A stretch of 64,000 nt of DNA from a bacterium (lineage in GTDB: Bacteria; Patescibacteriota; Minisyncoccia; Sungbacterales; HO2-52-23): positions 4,686-68,685 of the forward strand of contig JAUYPE010000006.1 in assembly GCA_030697705.1 (NCBI GenBank), written 5' to 3'. This document shows, one piece after another, positions 16,949-26,364 of this stretch. The notes under the pieces were generated by a model. It saw only the letters and a list, made by a program, of their open reading frames with translations. It was not told the DNA's origin and did no database searches. How positions within the stretch are numbered: the first letter of the stretch is position 1; each line of letters opens with the position of its first letter. A program made the position numbers and the translations under genes.

Positions 16949-19600
16949 ATGTCAATCATGCGCTACAATCCCAAAAAAATTGAAGCAAAGTGGCAGAAAA
17001 AATGGCTCGCGGAAAAAATCTACGAGCCGGATTTGACTTCTCAACGAAAAAATTCTCGACAAGATCAAACCGTAAAATTGCGCAAACCGTTTTATAATCT
17101 CATGATGTTTCCGTATCCGTCCGCGGAAGGACTCCACATCGGCGGGATGCGGACGTTTACTGGTGTGGATATATACGGGCGCATTAAACGGATGCAGGGA
17201 CATGACGTTTTTGAGCCCATCGGGCTTGATGCATTCGGTATTCACTCGGAAAACTATGCGCTCAAAACGGGGCGGCACCCGATGAAGCAAGCGGTTATTT
17301 TGAAAAAAAACTTCTACCGCCAGCTTGCCGCAATGGGCAACGGTTTTGCGTGGGATGAACGATTAGAAACGAACGATCCGGACTACTACCGCTGGACGCA
17401 GTGGATCTTTGTGCAGATGTTTCGGCACGGTCTTGCGTACCGCAAAAAACAGGCGGTGAACTGGTGTCCTTCGTGCAAAACGGTGCTTGCCGACGAGCAG
17501 GTCATCACGGGGCGGTGTGAACGGTGCGATAGTGAAGTAATGAAAAAAGAACTGGAACAGTGGTTTTTCCGCACGACAAAGTATGCCGAGCGCCTCCTCA
17601 ATAATCTTGAAAAAATTGACTGGTCGGAACGCGTGAAGATTGCGCAGAGGAATTGGATTGGGAAGTCGGATGGCGCAATAATTCGCTTTCCCCTTACCGA
17701 GATTCCCAGTCAGCCCGACGGTAAACATTTTGTTGATGTTTTTACCACGCGGCCCGATACGCTCTTCGGCGCGACCTTTCTTGTGATCTCTCCGGAGCTG
17801 GCGAAATTCTGGATGGATATCGGGTGGCGGGTGGGCGATGATGTGCGCGACTATGTAAAAACCACGCTTGCCGAGCGGGCGATACAAGCACGAGACGCAG
17901 AACCGAAAAAAACGGGCGTGTTCTCCGGCATCTATGGTATTAACCCCGCAAACCAAGAAAAAATTCCCGTCTGGATTGCGGACTATGTGCTCGCCGGATA
18001 CGGTACCGGTGCCATTATGGCGGTACCTGCACACGACGAACGCGATTTTGAGTTTGCAAAAAAGTATAATCTGCCGATAAAAATCGTTGTCTGTCCGCAC
18101 TATCCGGAGAAGACATGTCCGATTTTGGACGAGGCATACACAGGCGAGGGACACTTGGTTGGTTCAAGTGTATTTGATGGTATGACTTCAATTGCCGCGC
18201 GGGCGACTATTGTCAAACATGTCGGCGGGAAGATAACTATTCAATATCGGCTCCGCGATTGGCTGATCTCTCGTCAGCGCTATTGGGGACCGCCGATTCC
18301 GATGATCTATTGCGAGGCATGCGCACGCAATAAAAAAGGTGAGCGAAACGACACGCCCGGGTGGTATACGGTGCCGGAAAAAAATCTTCCGGTGAAACTG
18401 CCATTTATCAAAAACTTTAGACCTACTGGAACGGATCGGTCGCCACTCGCAAGCGTCGCTTCTTTTTATAAAGTTCGATGTCCGGGGTGTAAAAAAGAGG
18501 CGCGGCGCGAAACGGACGTCTCGGATACCTTTTTGGATTCCGCATGGTATTTTTTGCGCTATCCGAATGTAAAGAATAAAAAAGCCGCATGGGATGCGGC
18601 GATAACCAAAAAAATACTTCCCGTTGATTCATACATCGGCGGGGCGGAGCACTCGGTTTTACATCTCATGTACGCGCGCTTTTTGACGATGGCGTTACAT
18701 GATATTGGTGTTTTGAATTTTTCCGCCAAAGGCGGATCCGCCTCCGGCGGAGAAGAACCGTTTCCAAAATTTCGGGCGCACGGATTGATTACCAAAGACG
18801 GTGCGAAGATGTCCAAGTCAAAGGGCAATGTCGTGAGTCCCGACGAGTACATCAAAGCATACGGCGCCGATGCGGTGCGGATGTACTTGGCGTTTTTGGC
18901 TCCCTTTGAGCAGGACGGAGATTTCCGCGATACGGGCATCCGTGGTATGACGCGGTTTCTTGAGCGCGTTTGGCGGATGATGCAAAACTTCTCCAGCCGT
19001 CATCCTGAAGGAGCGAAGCGACTGAAGGATCCCGCAAAGTTACGGGATGCTTCGCCTACGGCTCAGCATGACATACAGCAGGTGCTCCATCGGACGATAA
19101 AGAAAGTTACGGAAGATATAGAGCACCTGCACTACAACACCGCCATTTCCGCGCTTATGGTTTTGCTCAATAGTTTTGAAAAACATCCGGAGGAGGTCGC
19201 GCAAGAATACGGAGGGGTATTTTTAAAGCTTCTGGCGCCATTTGCCCCGCATGTAGCGGAAGAGTTGTGGCAGCAGATGAATGCTCATACTAATGCTAAA
19301 TTAAAAATGCCAAATGATAAAAAAAAGCATTCAGCATTCAGCATTCAGTATTCAGCATTTCGTTCTGTTCATCGCGAGCCGTGGCCGAAATATAATCCAC
19401 GTTTGATCATGGAACAAACGTTTGAACTTGTCGTGCAGGTCAACGGCAAGGTCCGCGGCCGCGTATCTGTTTCTAGAGGAATAAGCGAGGCGGATGTGGT
19501 CGCCACAGCTCGCGCATTGGAGTCGGTAAAACCTTATTTAGCTGCACTGCCAAAAAAAACAATCTTTGTTCCCGATAAACTTGTAAACTTTGTCGTCTAG
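16949..19600 (+). CDS. leuS: leucyl-tRNA synthetase
   Basis: MMFPYPSAEGLHIGGMRTFTGVDIYGR...GLDAFGIHSE...KMSKSKGN; 883 aa; contains MITE copy B and a heptamer SSR in-frame. Confidence 0.92.
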   Translation: MSIMRYNPKKIEAKWQKKWLAEKIYEPDLTSQRKNSRQDQTVKLRKPFYNLMMFPYPSAEGLHIGGMRTFTGVDIYGRIKRMQGHDVFEPIGLDAFGIHSENYALKTGRHPMKQAVILKKNFYRQLAAMGNGFAWDERLETNDPDYYRWTQWIFVQMFRHGLAYRKKQAVNWCPSCKTVLADEQVITGRCERCDSEVMKKELEQWFFRTTKYAERLLNNLEKIDWSERVKIAQRNWIGKSDGAIIRFPLTEIPSQPDGKHFVDVFTTRPDTLFGATFLVISPELAKFWMDIGWRVGDDVRDYVKTTLAERAIQARDAEPKKTGVFSGIYGINPANQEKIPVWIADYVLAGYGTGAIMAVPAHDERDFEFAKKYNLPIKIVVCPHYPEKTCPILDEAYTGEGHLVGSSVFDGMTSIAARATIVKHVGGKITIQYRLRDWLISRQRYWGPPIPMIYCEACARNKKGERNDTPGWYTVPEKNLPVKLPFIKNFRPTGTDRSPLASVASFYKVRCPGCKKEARRETDVSDTFLDSAWYFLRYPNVKNKKAAWDAAITKKILPVDSYIGGAEHSVLHLMYARFLTMALHDIGVLNFSAKGGSASGGEEPFPKFRAHGLITKDGAKMSKSKGNVVSPDEYIKAYGADAVRMYLAFLAPFEQDGDFRDTGIRGMTRFLERVWRMMQNFSSRHPEGAKRLKDPAKLRDASPTAQHDIQQVLHRTIKKVTEDIEHLHYNTAISALMVLLNSFEKHPEEVAQEYGGVFLKLLAPFAPHVAEELWQQMNAHTNAKLKMPNDKKKHSAFSIQYSAFRSVHREPWPKYNPRLIMEQTFELVVQVNGKVRGRVSVSRGISEADVVATARALESVKPYLAALPKKTIFVPDKLVNFVV
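18995..19073. repeat. palindromic MITE-like repeat, copy B (in-frame inside leuS, short form)
   Basis: agccgtcatcctgaaggagcgaagcgactgaaggatcccgcaaagttacgggatgcttcgcctacggctcagcatgac; translated SSRHPEGAKRLKDPAKLRDASPTAQH in the variable linker before the conserved HRTIKKVTEDIE segment; boundaries approximate. Confidence 0.55.
19327..19360. repeat. tandem heptanucleotide repeat (gcattca x about 4.7) inside leuS
   Basis: gcattcagcattcagcattcagtattcagcattt preceded by an A8 run; encodes HSAFSIQYSAF within an expanded loop near the LeuRS C-terminus. Confidence 0.7.
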
Positions 19601-19700
19601 CGGTCGGTCGGATATTTTTTACAAGGTCGCTTTGGACTTCGTCCGTAAGCGGTTTTTATGCGATACTCTTGGCGTGGATCCGGCGTTTCATTTCCATACT

Positions 19701-21557
19701 ATGTGCGGCATTATCGGTTACATCGGTAAACGGCAAGCGCTGCCTCTCCTTGTGGAGGGATTACGGCGCATGGAGTACCGCGGGTACGACTCGGCTGGCG
19801 TCGCGGTTGCCATGCCGTCAGGTATTTTTACCGCGCATGCGGTGGGGATGATAAATGCGCTCGATGAGAAACTCGCGGCGTTATCCGGCCTGGCGGGAAC
19901 GCTGGGTATTGGCCATACGCGCTGGGCGACGCACGGCGGCGTGACGGAACAAAACGCCCACCCGCACGCCGACTGTACGGGGGACGTTTGGGTCGCGCAT
20001 AACGGCATTATTGAAAATTATAGTGAGTTGAAAAATGAGCTTACGGCGCGCGGGCATGTCTTTCGTTCCGAGACGGATACCGAGGTTCTGCCGCATTTGA
20101 TTGAAGAGGCGGCGCGCGCGTATCCGGAGGCGGGGCTCGGCGAGCAGGTTCGAGTGGCACTGCAAAAGATTATCGGTACCTACGGGATTGTTGTTCTTGA
20201 CCGGCGCGCGCCCGAAACGCTGATTGCGGCGCGCAACTTCAGTCCGCTTTTGATTGGTATCGGAGGTGGCGGTATTGGCGACGGAGAATATTTCGTCGCC
20301 TCGGACGCTTCGGCGGTGCTCAAACACACCAAAGAAGTTATTTATTTGGATGACGGTGAGATCGCTGTGCTCACGCCGCGTGGACATCATGTCTCGGATC
20401 TCGGCCGCAACACGCGGACAAAAACCTCGGAGCGCATTGAGTGGACGGATGATGAGGTCAAAAAAGACGGCTATGCGCACTTTATGCTCAAAGAAATTCA
20501 CGGCGAGCCGGAGGCGATTGAGAATTCCATTCGCGGGCGCATTGTTTTGGAAGAGGGAGGCGCGAGACTGGGCGGTCTGGCTGATGCGCTCGGCGTTCTG
20601 CGGGAGGCGCAAAGAATACTCATCGTCGGTTGCGGGACGGCGTATCATGCGGGGCGCATCGGTGAATATATGCTGGAAGAGTACGCAAGCATTCCCGTAG
20701 AGACCGATATCGCCTCCGAATTTCGCTACCGCAAGCCGGTGTTTCGTCCTGGTGATGTGCTCCTCGCCATCTCGCAGTCGGGCGAGACGGCTGACACGCT
20801 CGCCGCCGTGCGTGAGGCGAAGCAAAAAGGCGTTTTCACTCTCGGCATCGTGAATGTCGTCGGCTCCAGTATCGCGCGGGAAACTCATGCGGGTGTGTAC
20901 CAGCATATCGGTCCGGAGATTGGCGTCGCCTCCACCAAAGCATTCACCTCGCAGGTTGCCATTCTTGCCCTGCTCACGCTTCTCGTCGGTCGCCAGCGCG
21001 ACATGTCGCTTGTGACGGGCGAGCGCATCGGGAGTGAGCTGAAAAAAATCCCCGACCTTATGCGGGAGATTCTCAAGCAAGAGCGTGCGATTAAAAAAAT
21101 CGCGGCGAAATATAAAAATGCGCAAAACTTCTTTTTCCTCGGGCGCAAATATAATCTTCCCGTCGCGCTGGAGGGCGCATTGAAATTAAAAGAAATCTCG
21201 TATGTCCATGCCGAGGGGTGCGGCGCGGGGGAGTTGAAGCATGGGCCGATTGCGATGATTGATAAGCACCTGCCTTCCATCTGTATCGTCCCGCACGACT
21301 CAACCTACGAAAAAATGATCTCCAATATGGAGGAGATTCGTGCCCGCAAAGGTCCCATTATTGCCATCGCAACGGAGGGCGACGAGCGCGTACAGACAAT
21401 CGCCGATGATGTCATCTATATTCCCAAAACACTGGAGATGCTTACCCCGCTCCTTTCAGTCATACCGCTCCAGCTTTTCGCGTATCATTTCGGTGTCCAG
21501 CATGGCCATGACGTTGACAAACCCCGCAATCTCGCCAAGTCCGTGACGGTGGAATAG
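19701..21557 (+). CDS. glmS: glutamine--fructose-6-phosphate aminotransferase
   Basis: MCGIIGYIG N-terminal Cys amidotransferase start; two SIS domains; C-terminal ...KPRNLAKSVTVE. Confidence 0.9.
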   Translation: MCGIIGYIGKRQALPLLVEGLRRMEYRGYDSAGVAVAMPSGIFTAHAVGMINALDEKLAALSGLAGTLGIGHTRWATHGGVTEQNAHPHADCTGDVWVAHNGIIENYSELKNELTARGHVFRSETDTEVLPHLIEEAARAYPEAGLGEQVRVALQKIIGTYGIVVLDRRAPETLIAARNFSPLLIGIGGGGIGDGEYFVASDASAVLKHTKEVIYLDDGEIAVLTPRGHHVSDLGRNTRTKTSERIEWTDDEVKKDGYAHFMLKEIHGEPEAIENSIRGRIVLEEGGARLGGLADALGVLREAQRILIVGCGTAYHAGRIGEYMLEEYASIPVETDIASEFRYRKPVFRPGDVLLAISQSGETADTLAAVREAKQKGVFTLGIVNVVGSSIARETHAGVYQHIGPEIGVASTKAFTSQVAILALLTLLVGRQRDMSLVTGERIGSELKKIPDLMREILKQERAIKKIAAKYKNAQNFFFLGRKYNLPVALEGALKLKEISYVHAEGCGAGELKHGPIAMIDKHLPSICIVPHDSTYEKMISNMEEIRARKGPIIAIATEGDERVQTIADDVIYIPKTLEMLTPLLSVIPLQLFAYHFGVQHGHDVDKPRNLAKSVTVE

Positions 21558-22036
21558 GGTTGTGATAAGCATGGGATCAAGAGAAGCATGGTGCACCAAC
21601 TAAAAAATCCATCCGGAAAGATAGATTTTCTAGCGTGGAGCCAAGGGGAATCGGACCCCTCTATCCGAGTTGTTGATCACGGATCCCTCCCAAAGGTGGC
21701 CCCTCGGGCTCCACAAAAGTATGGTATCATTTTTAAAACAAAAAGAAAGCCCGAGATCGCTCTCGGACATTCGGGATCCTCTTGAATCCGTGATCAACAT
21801 AATCAGTGTACTCCTAGCGGTAGGAGAGTGTCAAGTGTCATCACTGGCAGTGGCTTAATTGAAAATTGCGATGCAATGGCATAGATAGAGAGTTATTATA
21901 ATGTATTAGTGGTAGATGTCAATGACTTTTGAGTTTATCCACAGGCATACTTGGCACCATTGCATGACAGGGCAAGAGCCCTTGCCCACTTTCAAATTAC
22001 CCTGCGGATAATGTGGATCATTGGTCTGCCTTTTTT

Positions 22037-23143
22037 ATGAAGCTTTACGAGTACGAAGGAAAGGAATTGTTCAAGAAATATAATATTCCCGTGCCGAAGG
22101 GAGTGGTTGTTTCGCGTGGGGAGGAGGTGCCGGATGGGGACGAGCCCGTGTTTCTCAAAGCGCAGGTAAAGTCGGGAGACAGGAAAAAAGAAGGGGGGAT
22201 TCTAGAGGCGAAAAACCACGCCGCGGCGATGAAGGGTGCGTGGGAACTTTTGGATAAGAAAATAAAAGGGGAGCAGGTGGAAAAAGTATTGGTAGAGGAG
22301 CGCGTGGATGCGGCGAAAGAATACTATGTAAGTTTTAGTTACGACTCGGACTATCGTGCGCCGGTGCTTTCGGTCTCAACCAAGGGCGGATCGGGGATTG
22401 CTAAAGCGCATATCGTTCCCGTTGATATGCTCTGGGGCGTGCCGAATTTTTTTCTGCGCGATGCCCTCACCGCGGCGGGATTTCCCCAAGAAGATATCGC
22501 GGGCGTGAGCCGCGTGGCGCAGAGCTCGTACTCCCTTTTCATCAAAGAATACGCGCTTCTTGCCGAGATGAATCCGTTATTCAAAACGAAAGATGGCGCG
22601 TTTGTTGCCGGAGACGCAAAAATAATTCTGGATGACGAGAAATATAATCCCGGCGAGCGGAGATTTTTGGACATGGATGGAGATATCGCGGTATTGGCAT
22701 CAGGGGGCGGCGCGTCGCTTTTGAATATGGATGCGCTCTTGCGATGCGGCGGCCGGCCGGCAAATTATACCGAATACTCGGGAAATCCCAAGAGCGATGT
22801 GGTCAAAGAATTGACGAAACGCGTGTTAAGTCGTCCGGGGCTCAAAGGATGCTGGGTGGTGGGCGGGACGGCGAACTTTACCGATATTTATGAAACGCTA
22901 AAAGGATTTTTGGATGGTTTGCGGGGAGTTACACCGAAGCCGAATTACCCGATCGTTATCCGTCGTGACGGGCCGCGTCGTGCCGAGGCGTTTGCCATGC
23001 TCAAAGAAGTTAGTGAAAAAGAAGGGTATGATTTTCATCTATTCGGATCCGATACGGCAATGGCGGATACGGCAAAGATTATGGTACGGGAGGCGTATGG
23101 GAAAAAGAAGAGATCGCCGCGCGGTTCTCAAAAAACAGCATGA
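22037..23143 (+). CDS. SucC-like ATP-grasp subunit (succinyl-CoA synthetase beta / citryl-CoA synthetase / ACL B-type subunit)
   Basis: MKLYEYEGKELFKKYNIPVPKG matches the SucC N-terminus MNLHEYQAKQLF..YG.P.P; ATP-grasp then CoA-ligase domain; 368 aa. Confidence 0.75.
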   Translation: MKLYEYEGKELFKKYNIPVPKGVVVSRGEEVPDGDEPVFLKAQVKSGDRKKEGGILEAKNHAAAMKGAWELLDKKIKGEQVEKVLVEERVDAAKEYYVSFSYDSDYRAPVLSVSTKGGSGIAKAHIVPVDMLWGVPNFFLRDALTAAGFPQEDIAGVSRVAQSSYSLFIKEYALLAEMNPLFKTKDGAFVAGDAKIILDDEKYNPGERRFLDMDGDIAVLASGGGASLLNMDALLRCGGRPANYTEYSGNPKSDVVKELTKRVLSRPGLKGCWVVGGTANFTDIYETLKGFLDGLRGVTPKPNYPIVIRRDGPRRAEAFAMLKEVSEKEGYDFHLFGSDTAMADTAKIMVREAYGKKKRSPRGSQKTA

Positions 23144-24045
23144 GTATTTTGATTGATAAAAAAACACGAATCCTTATTCAGGGTATCACTGGTAACGAAG
23201 GAGCGCGCGCGTGCCGCGAGGCACTGGCGTATGGGACAAAAGTTCTTGCCGGTGTGACGCCGGGAAAGGGCGGACAGAGAGTGGAGGGTGTTCCGGTGTA
23301 CAACACAATTGCCGAGGCGATGCGCATACACGCCGCGATAAATACCTCGCTCATCGTCGTGCCCGGAGTGTTCGTCAAAGATGCGGCACTTGAGGCGATT
23401 CATGCGCGTATTCCGCTCATTGTGATACTGACTGAACATGTACCGGCGGCGGACGCGGCATTGATAGTGCACACCGCGCGGCGGTATGGCGTGCGAATTG
23501 TCGGACCCTCATCCATCGGCATCATCTCGCCGGGAAAGGCAAAAATCGGAAGCATTGGGACGGCTGAAATTGCGCATGTTTTTCGCCCGGGACCGATCGG
23601 TGTTATTTCCAAAAGTGGGGGAATGACGGCCGAGATTGCGGTAGTGCTTGGGCGTGCGGGATTCGGGCAGAGCACCGTGGTCGGCATCGGTGGGGATTTG
23701 ATTATCGGCTCGGATTTTGCCGATCTGCTGGTGCTCTACAAAGATGACCCCGAGACTCGCGCCATTGTTTTATTCGGCGAGGTTGGTGGGACGTACGAGG
23801 AGCGGGCGGCGGAGTATATCGCGCAGGCGAGGTTTAAAAAGCCGGTTGTGGCGCTGATTGCCGGACGGTTTGCGGAGGCGTTGTCGGAAGAGACGGTGCT
23901 CGGGCATGCGGGCGCCATCGTCGCGCGCGGACGGGGAAGTTACGCCTCAAAAATCCGCGCGCTCAAAAAAGCCGGCGTGCATATCGCGTCAAGCGTTGAG
24001 GAGATCCCGCTCATTTTGAAACGGGTTATGGGAAGAAAAAAATAA
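23140..24045 (+). CDS. SucD-like CoA-binding alpha subunit with phosphohistidine motif
   Basis: ILIQGITGNEGA (CoA-binding), GPSSIGIISPGK, phosphohistidine loop VLGHAGAIVA; 301 aa; 4-nt overlap with upstream gene. Confidence 0.8.
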   Translation: MSILIDKKTRILIQGITGNEGARACREALAYGTKVLAGVTPGKGGQRVEGVPVYNTIAEAMRIHAAINTSLIVVPGVFVKDAALEAIHARIPLIVILTEHVPAADAALIVHTARRYGVRIVGPSSIGIISPGKAKIGSIGTAEIAHVFRPGPIGVISKSGGMTAEIAVVLGRAGFGQSTVVGIGGDLIIGSDFADLLVLYKDDPETRAIVLFGEVGGTYEERAAEYIAQARFKKPVVALIAGRFAEALSEETVLGHAGAIVARGRGSYASKIRALKKAGVHIASSVEEIPLILKRVMGRKK

Positions 24046-24051
24046 AGGTTT

Positions 24052-24528
24052 ATGGCGGATAAGAAAAAAATCTTGACGCTCTGTATCATCCGCGAGCCTG
24101 GCAGAGTTTTGCTTGGCATGAAGAAGCGGGGATTCGGCGCCGGCAGGTGGAATGGTTTTGGCGGGAAGGTGTGCGAAGAGGAAACAGTAGAGGCCGCGGC
24201 GCGGAGGGAGTTGTACGAAGAAGCGAGTGTCCGTGTGAAGAAATTAAAAAAAGTTGGCATACTGGACTTCAGTTTTGAGTACAATTCTGATCTGCTGGAG
24301 GTTCATGTTTTTAAGGGGGAGGGCATACGGGGAAATCCTTATGAAAGCGAGGAGATGCGACCCCGGTGGTTTTCACTTGACGAGGTACCCTTTCACGAGA
24401 TGTGGCCGGATGACAAATATTGGTTTCCTTTGTTTCTTGCGGATAAAAGCTTTCGCGGTAGATTCCATTTCGGACCGGATGATATGATCGTGGATCAGGC
24501 GCTTTCCGAAGAAGAAAAAATACGATGA
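24052..24528 (+). CDS. NUDIX hydrolase (MutT/MTH1-like)
   Basis: NUDIX box GFGGKVCEEETVEAAARRELYEEASV. Confidence 0.8.
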   Translation: MADKKKILTLCIIREPGRVLLGMKKRGFGAGRWNGFGGKVCEEETVEAAARRELYEEASVRVKKLKKVGILDFSFEYNSDLLEVHVFKGEGIRGNPYESEEMRPRWFSLDEVPFHEMWPDDKYWFPLFLADKSFRGRFHFGPDDMIVDQALSEEEKIR

Positions 24529-25268
24529 TGAAATGGAAAACGGCAATCAGTACGCATAAAGACGGCGAGTTGTATGTCCGCGGGCATGCGCTTGCCGGTC
24601 TCATTAACAAGCACTCGTTTACCGAGATGATTTTTCTTTTGCTTGCCAAGAGAATGCCGAATGAAAAAGAAGTGAAATTGCTTGATGCTGTCCTGGTTTC
24701 GTGCGCCGAGCACGGTGTTGAAGCACCTTCGGCGTTTTCGGCGCGTGTGTCTGTCTCTACGGGAAATTCGCTTCACGCGGCGTTGGCGGCGGGGATTCTC
24801 GCGACCGGCGAGTGGCATGGCGGCGCGCTTGAAAAAGCCGCGGAATACCTGCAGTCGGAAAAAACTCCCTCACAAATCGTACGGGATGTCAGGGAATCAG
24901 GCGGGCGGCTTGCGGGATTGGGTCACAAGATCTACAAAGACAAAGACCCGCGGGCGGAGCTTTTATTTGCCAAAGCGAAAGAACTGGGATTTTCCGGCAA
25001 CTATGTTCTGCGCATGCACGAGTTACAGAATGAGCTGGAGAAACAAAGCGGAAAAAAACTGCCGATCAATATTGATGGTGCCGGCGCGGCGTTAATTTCC
25101 GAGCTTGGATTTGACTGGCGCTTAGGCAAAGCAATCTTTGTGCTCGGGCGACTGCCGGGGATGATCGCGCATGCGCACGAGGAGATGGTGAATGAAAAGC
25201 CGTATCGTCGCTTCAGTGAAGAAGATGTGGAGTATGTTGGACCGGAGCCGAGAGAAGAATTTTTATGA
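24525..25268 (+). CDS. citryl-CoA lyase-like protein (small citrate-synthase-family protein)
   Basis: GEWHGGALE (the HGG motif of citrate synthase), GLGHKIYKDKDPRAELL matching the citrate-synthase signature G-[FY]-G-H-x-[IV]-x-K-x-D-P-R, and INIDGAGA resembling the NVDFYSG region; 247 aa, like Ccl / the C-terminal domain of ATP-citrate lyase. Confidence 0.7.
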   Translation: MMKWKTAISTHKDGELYVRGHALAGLINKHSFTEMIFLLLAKRMPNEKEVKLLDAVLVSCAEHGVEAPSAFSARVSVSTGNSLHAALAAGILATGEWHGGALEKAAEYLQSEKTPSQIVRDVRESGGRLAGLGHKIYKDKDPRAELLFAKAKELGFSGNYVLRMHELQNELEKQSGKKLPINIDGAGAALISELGFDWRLGKAIFVLGRLPGMIAHAHEEMVNEKPYRRFSEEDVEYVGPEPREEFL

Positions 25269-25696
25269 TTACGTACCGACGCCTTAAAAAAACGGATGCC
25301 GTAACGAGTCGCGCGGTGCATGCGCTGTGTGCCGAACTTTCCAAAGATGCAGGGAAAAATTATTCCGCCGTGCTCCTTGCTCGTGCGGTGAAAGAAAAAA
25401 ACAATTTTATTTGTGCGGCGTATGAACGTGGTGTGCTGGTCGGCATGGCGACACTCGTACATGCCGTAACGTTAAAAGGTATGTGCGGACGCATTGAGGA
25501 TGTGGTCGTACATGAAACCATGCGGGGCAAGGGTGTCGGGCGGGAGCTTATGCGACGTTTAATGAAAGAAGCGCGGCGGCAAAAAATAAAACAGCTGGAG
25601 CTGACGAGTCGTCCGAAGCGCACCGCGGCAAACAAACTCTATCAATCACTCGGATTCACGATACGGGAAACAAATGTTTACCGTATGATGCTATGA
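25265..25696 (+). CDS. GNAT-family N-acetyltransferase
   Basis: RIEDVVVHETMRGKGVGRELMRRLMKEAR acetyl-CoA binding motif A (Q/RxxGxG/A). Confidence 0.7.
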   Translation: MITYRRLKKTDAVTSRAVHALCAELSKDAGKNYSAVLLARAVKEKNNFICAAYERGVLVGMATLVHAVTLKGMCGRIEDVVVHETMRGKGVGRELMRRLMKEARRQKIKQLELTSRPKRTAANKLYQSLGFTIRETNVYRMML

Positions 25697-26364
25697 AGAA
25701 AAAACAGCTGACAGCGCGGGCACTTCTTTGCGTTTTGGATTTTGACGGTGTGCTGTTTGATGACGGGAAATTCAAAGAGGCGCACCAAAGAGCGTTTAAG
25801 CGATACGGTGTTTCACCGCGCCTCTATGAGGATATCTATCATGAGGCAAAGCGGTTAACGGGCGGACATTACGCACCGCCGATCCATTACGCGCTCATCT
25901 CTCGGCGTGTGCCTTTGTTGTCTCGCGCGCTTCTCCATAAAAAAAGTGCGACTCTCGTCAGGCAGTCACGGCAGTATTTGTATGCGGATGTAAAACCGTT
26001 TCTTCAGTGGTGTGATGAGTCAGATGTGGTTCTGGCACTCGTGAGCACCGGTCACTCTTTTCAAAAGAAAAAAATTTCGGCAAGCGGTCTTGCGCCGTTT
26101 TTTAAAAAAACAGTCGTAACGAAAGATATTTCAAAAGTCGCGGGGATACGCGCGGTCATGGGGAAGGTAGGACATCGGCGAGTTGTGTTTGTAGATGACA
26201 AGCATAAGGTACTTGATGAGGTTAAAAGAGAACTTCCCGAAGTATTTACCGTCAGGATGGAGCGGCATAAGCGGGAAGCGGATGAGCGGGTCGATGAGAG
26301 CGTTCGCAACTTTGCGGGAGTCAAAAAAATAATCCATGCCATCAAAACAAAAAGCGCATTATAA
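25693..26364 (+). CDS. HAD-superfamily hydrolase
   Basis: Motif I DFDGVL, motif II LVSTG, motif IV FVDDK. Confidence 0.6.
   Translation: MKKKQLTARALLCVLDFDGVLFDDGKFKEAHQRAFKRYGVSPRLYEDIYHEAKRLTGGHYAPPIHYALISRRVPLLSRALLHKKSATLVRQSRQYLYADVKPFLQWCDESDVVLALVSTGHSFQKKKISASGLAPFFKKTVVTKDISKVAGIRAVMGKVGHRRVVFVDDKHKVLDEVKRELPEVFTVRMERHKREADERVDESVRNFAGVKKIIHAIKTKSAL

Noticed and set aside
17363-18154. 263-aa minus-strand ORF inside leuS
   Set aside because: Antisense shadow of leuS.
19881-21125. 414-aa minus-strand ORF inside glmS
   Set aside because: Antisense to a confidently identified glmS, with Arg-rich shadow composition.
21600-21720. Possible SRP RNA (ccggaa...agccaagg) or RNase P P4-like (gaaag...cgggctcca) signatures
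   Set aside because: Only short partial matches. The conserved GGAAGCAGCCA (SRP) and AGGAAAGUCCGGGCUCC (RNase P) cores are not present intact. Left as an unassigned structured region.
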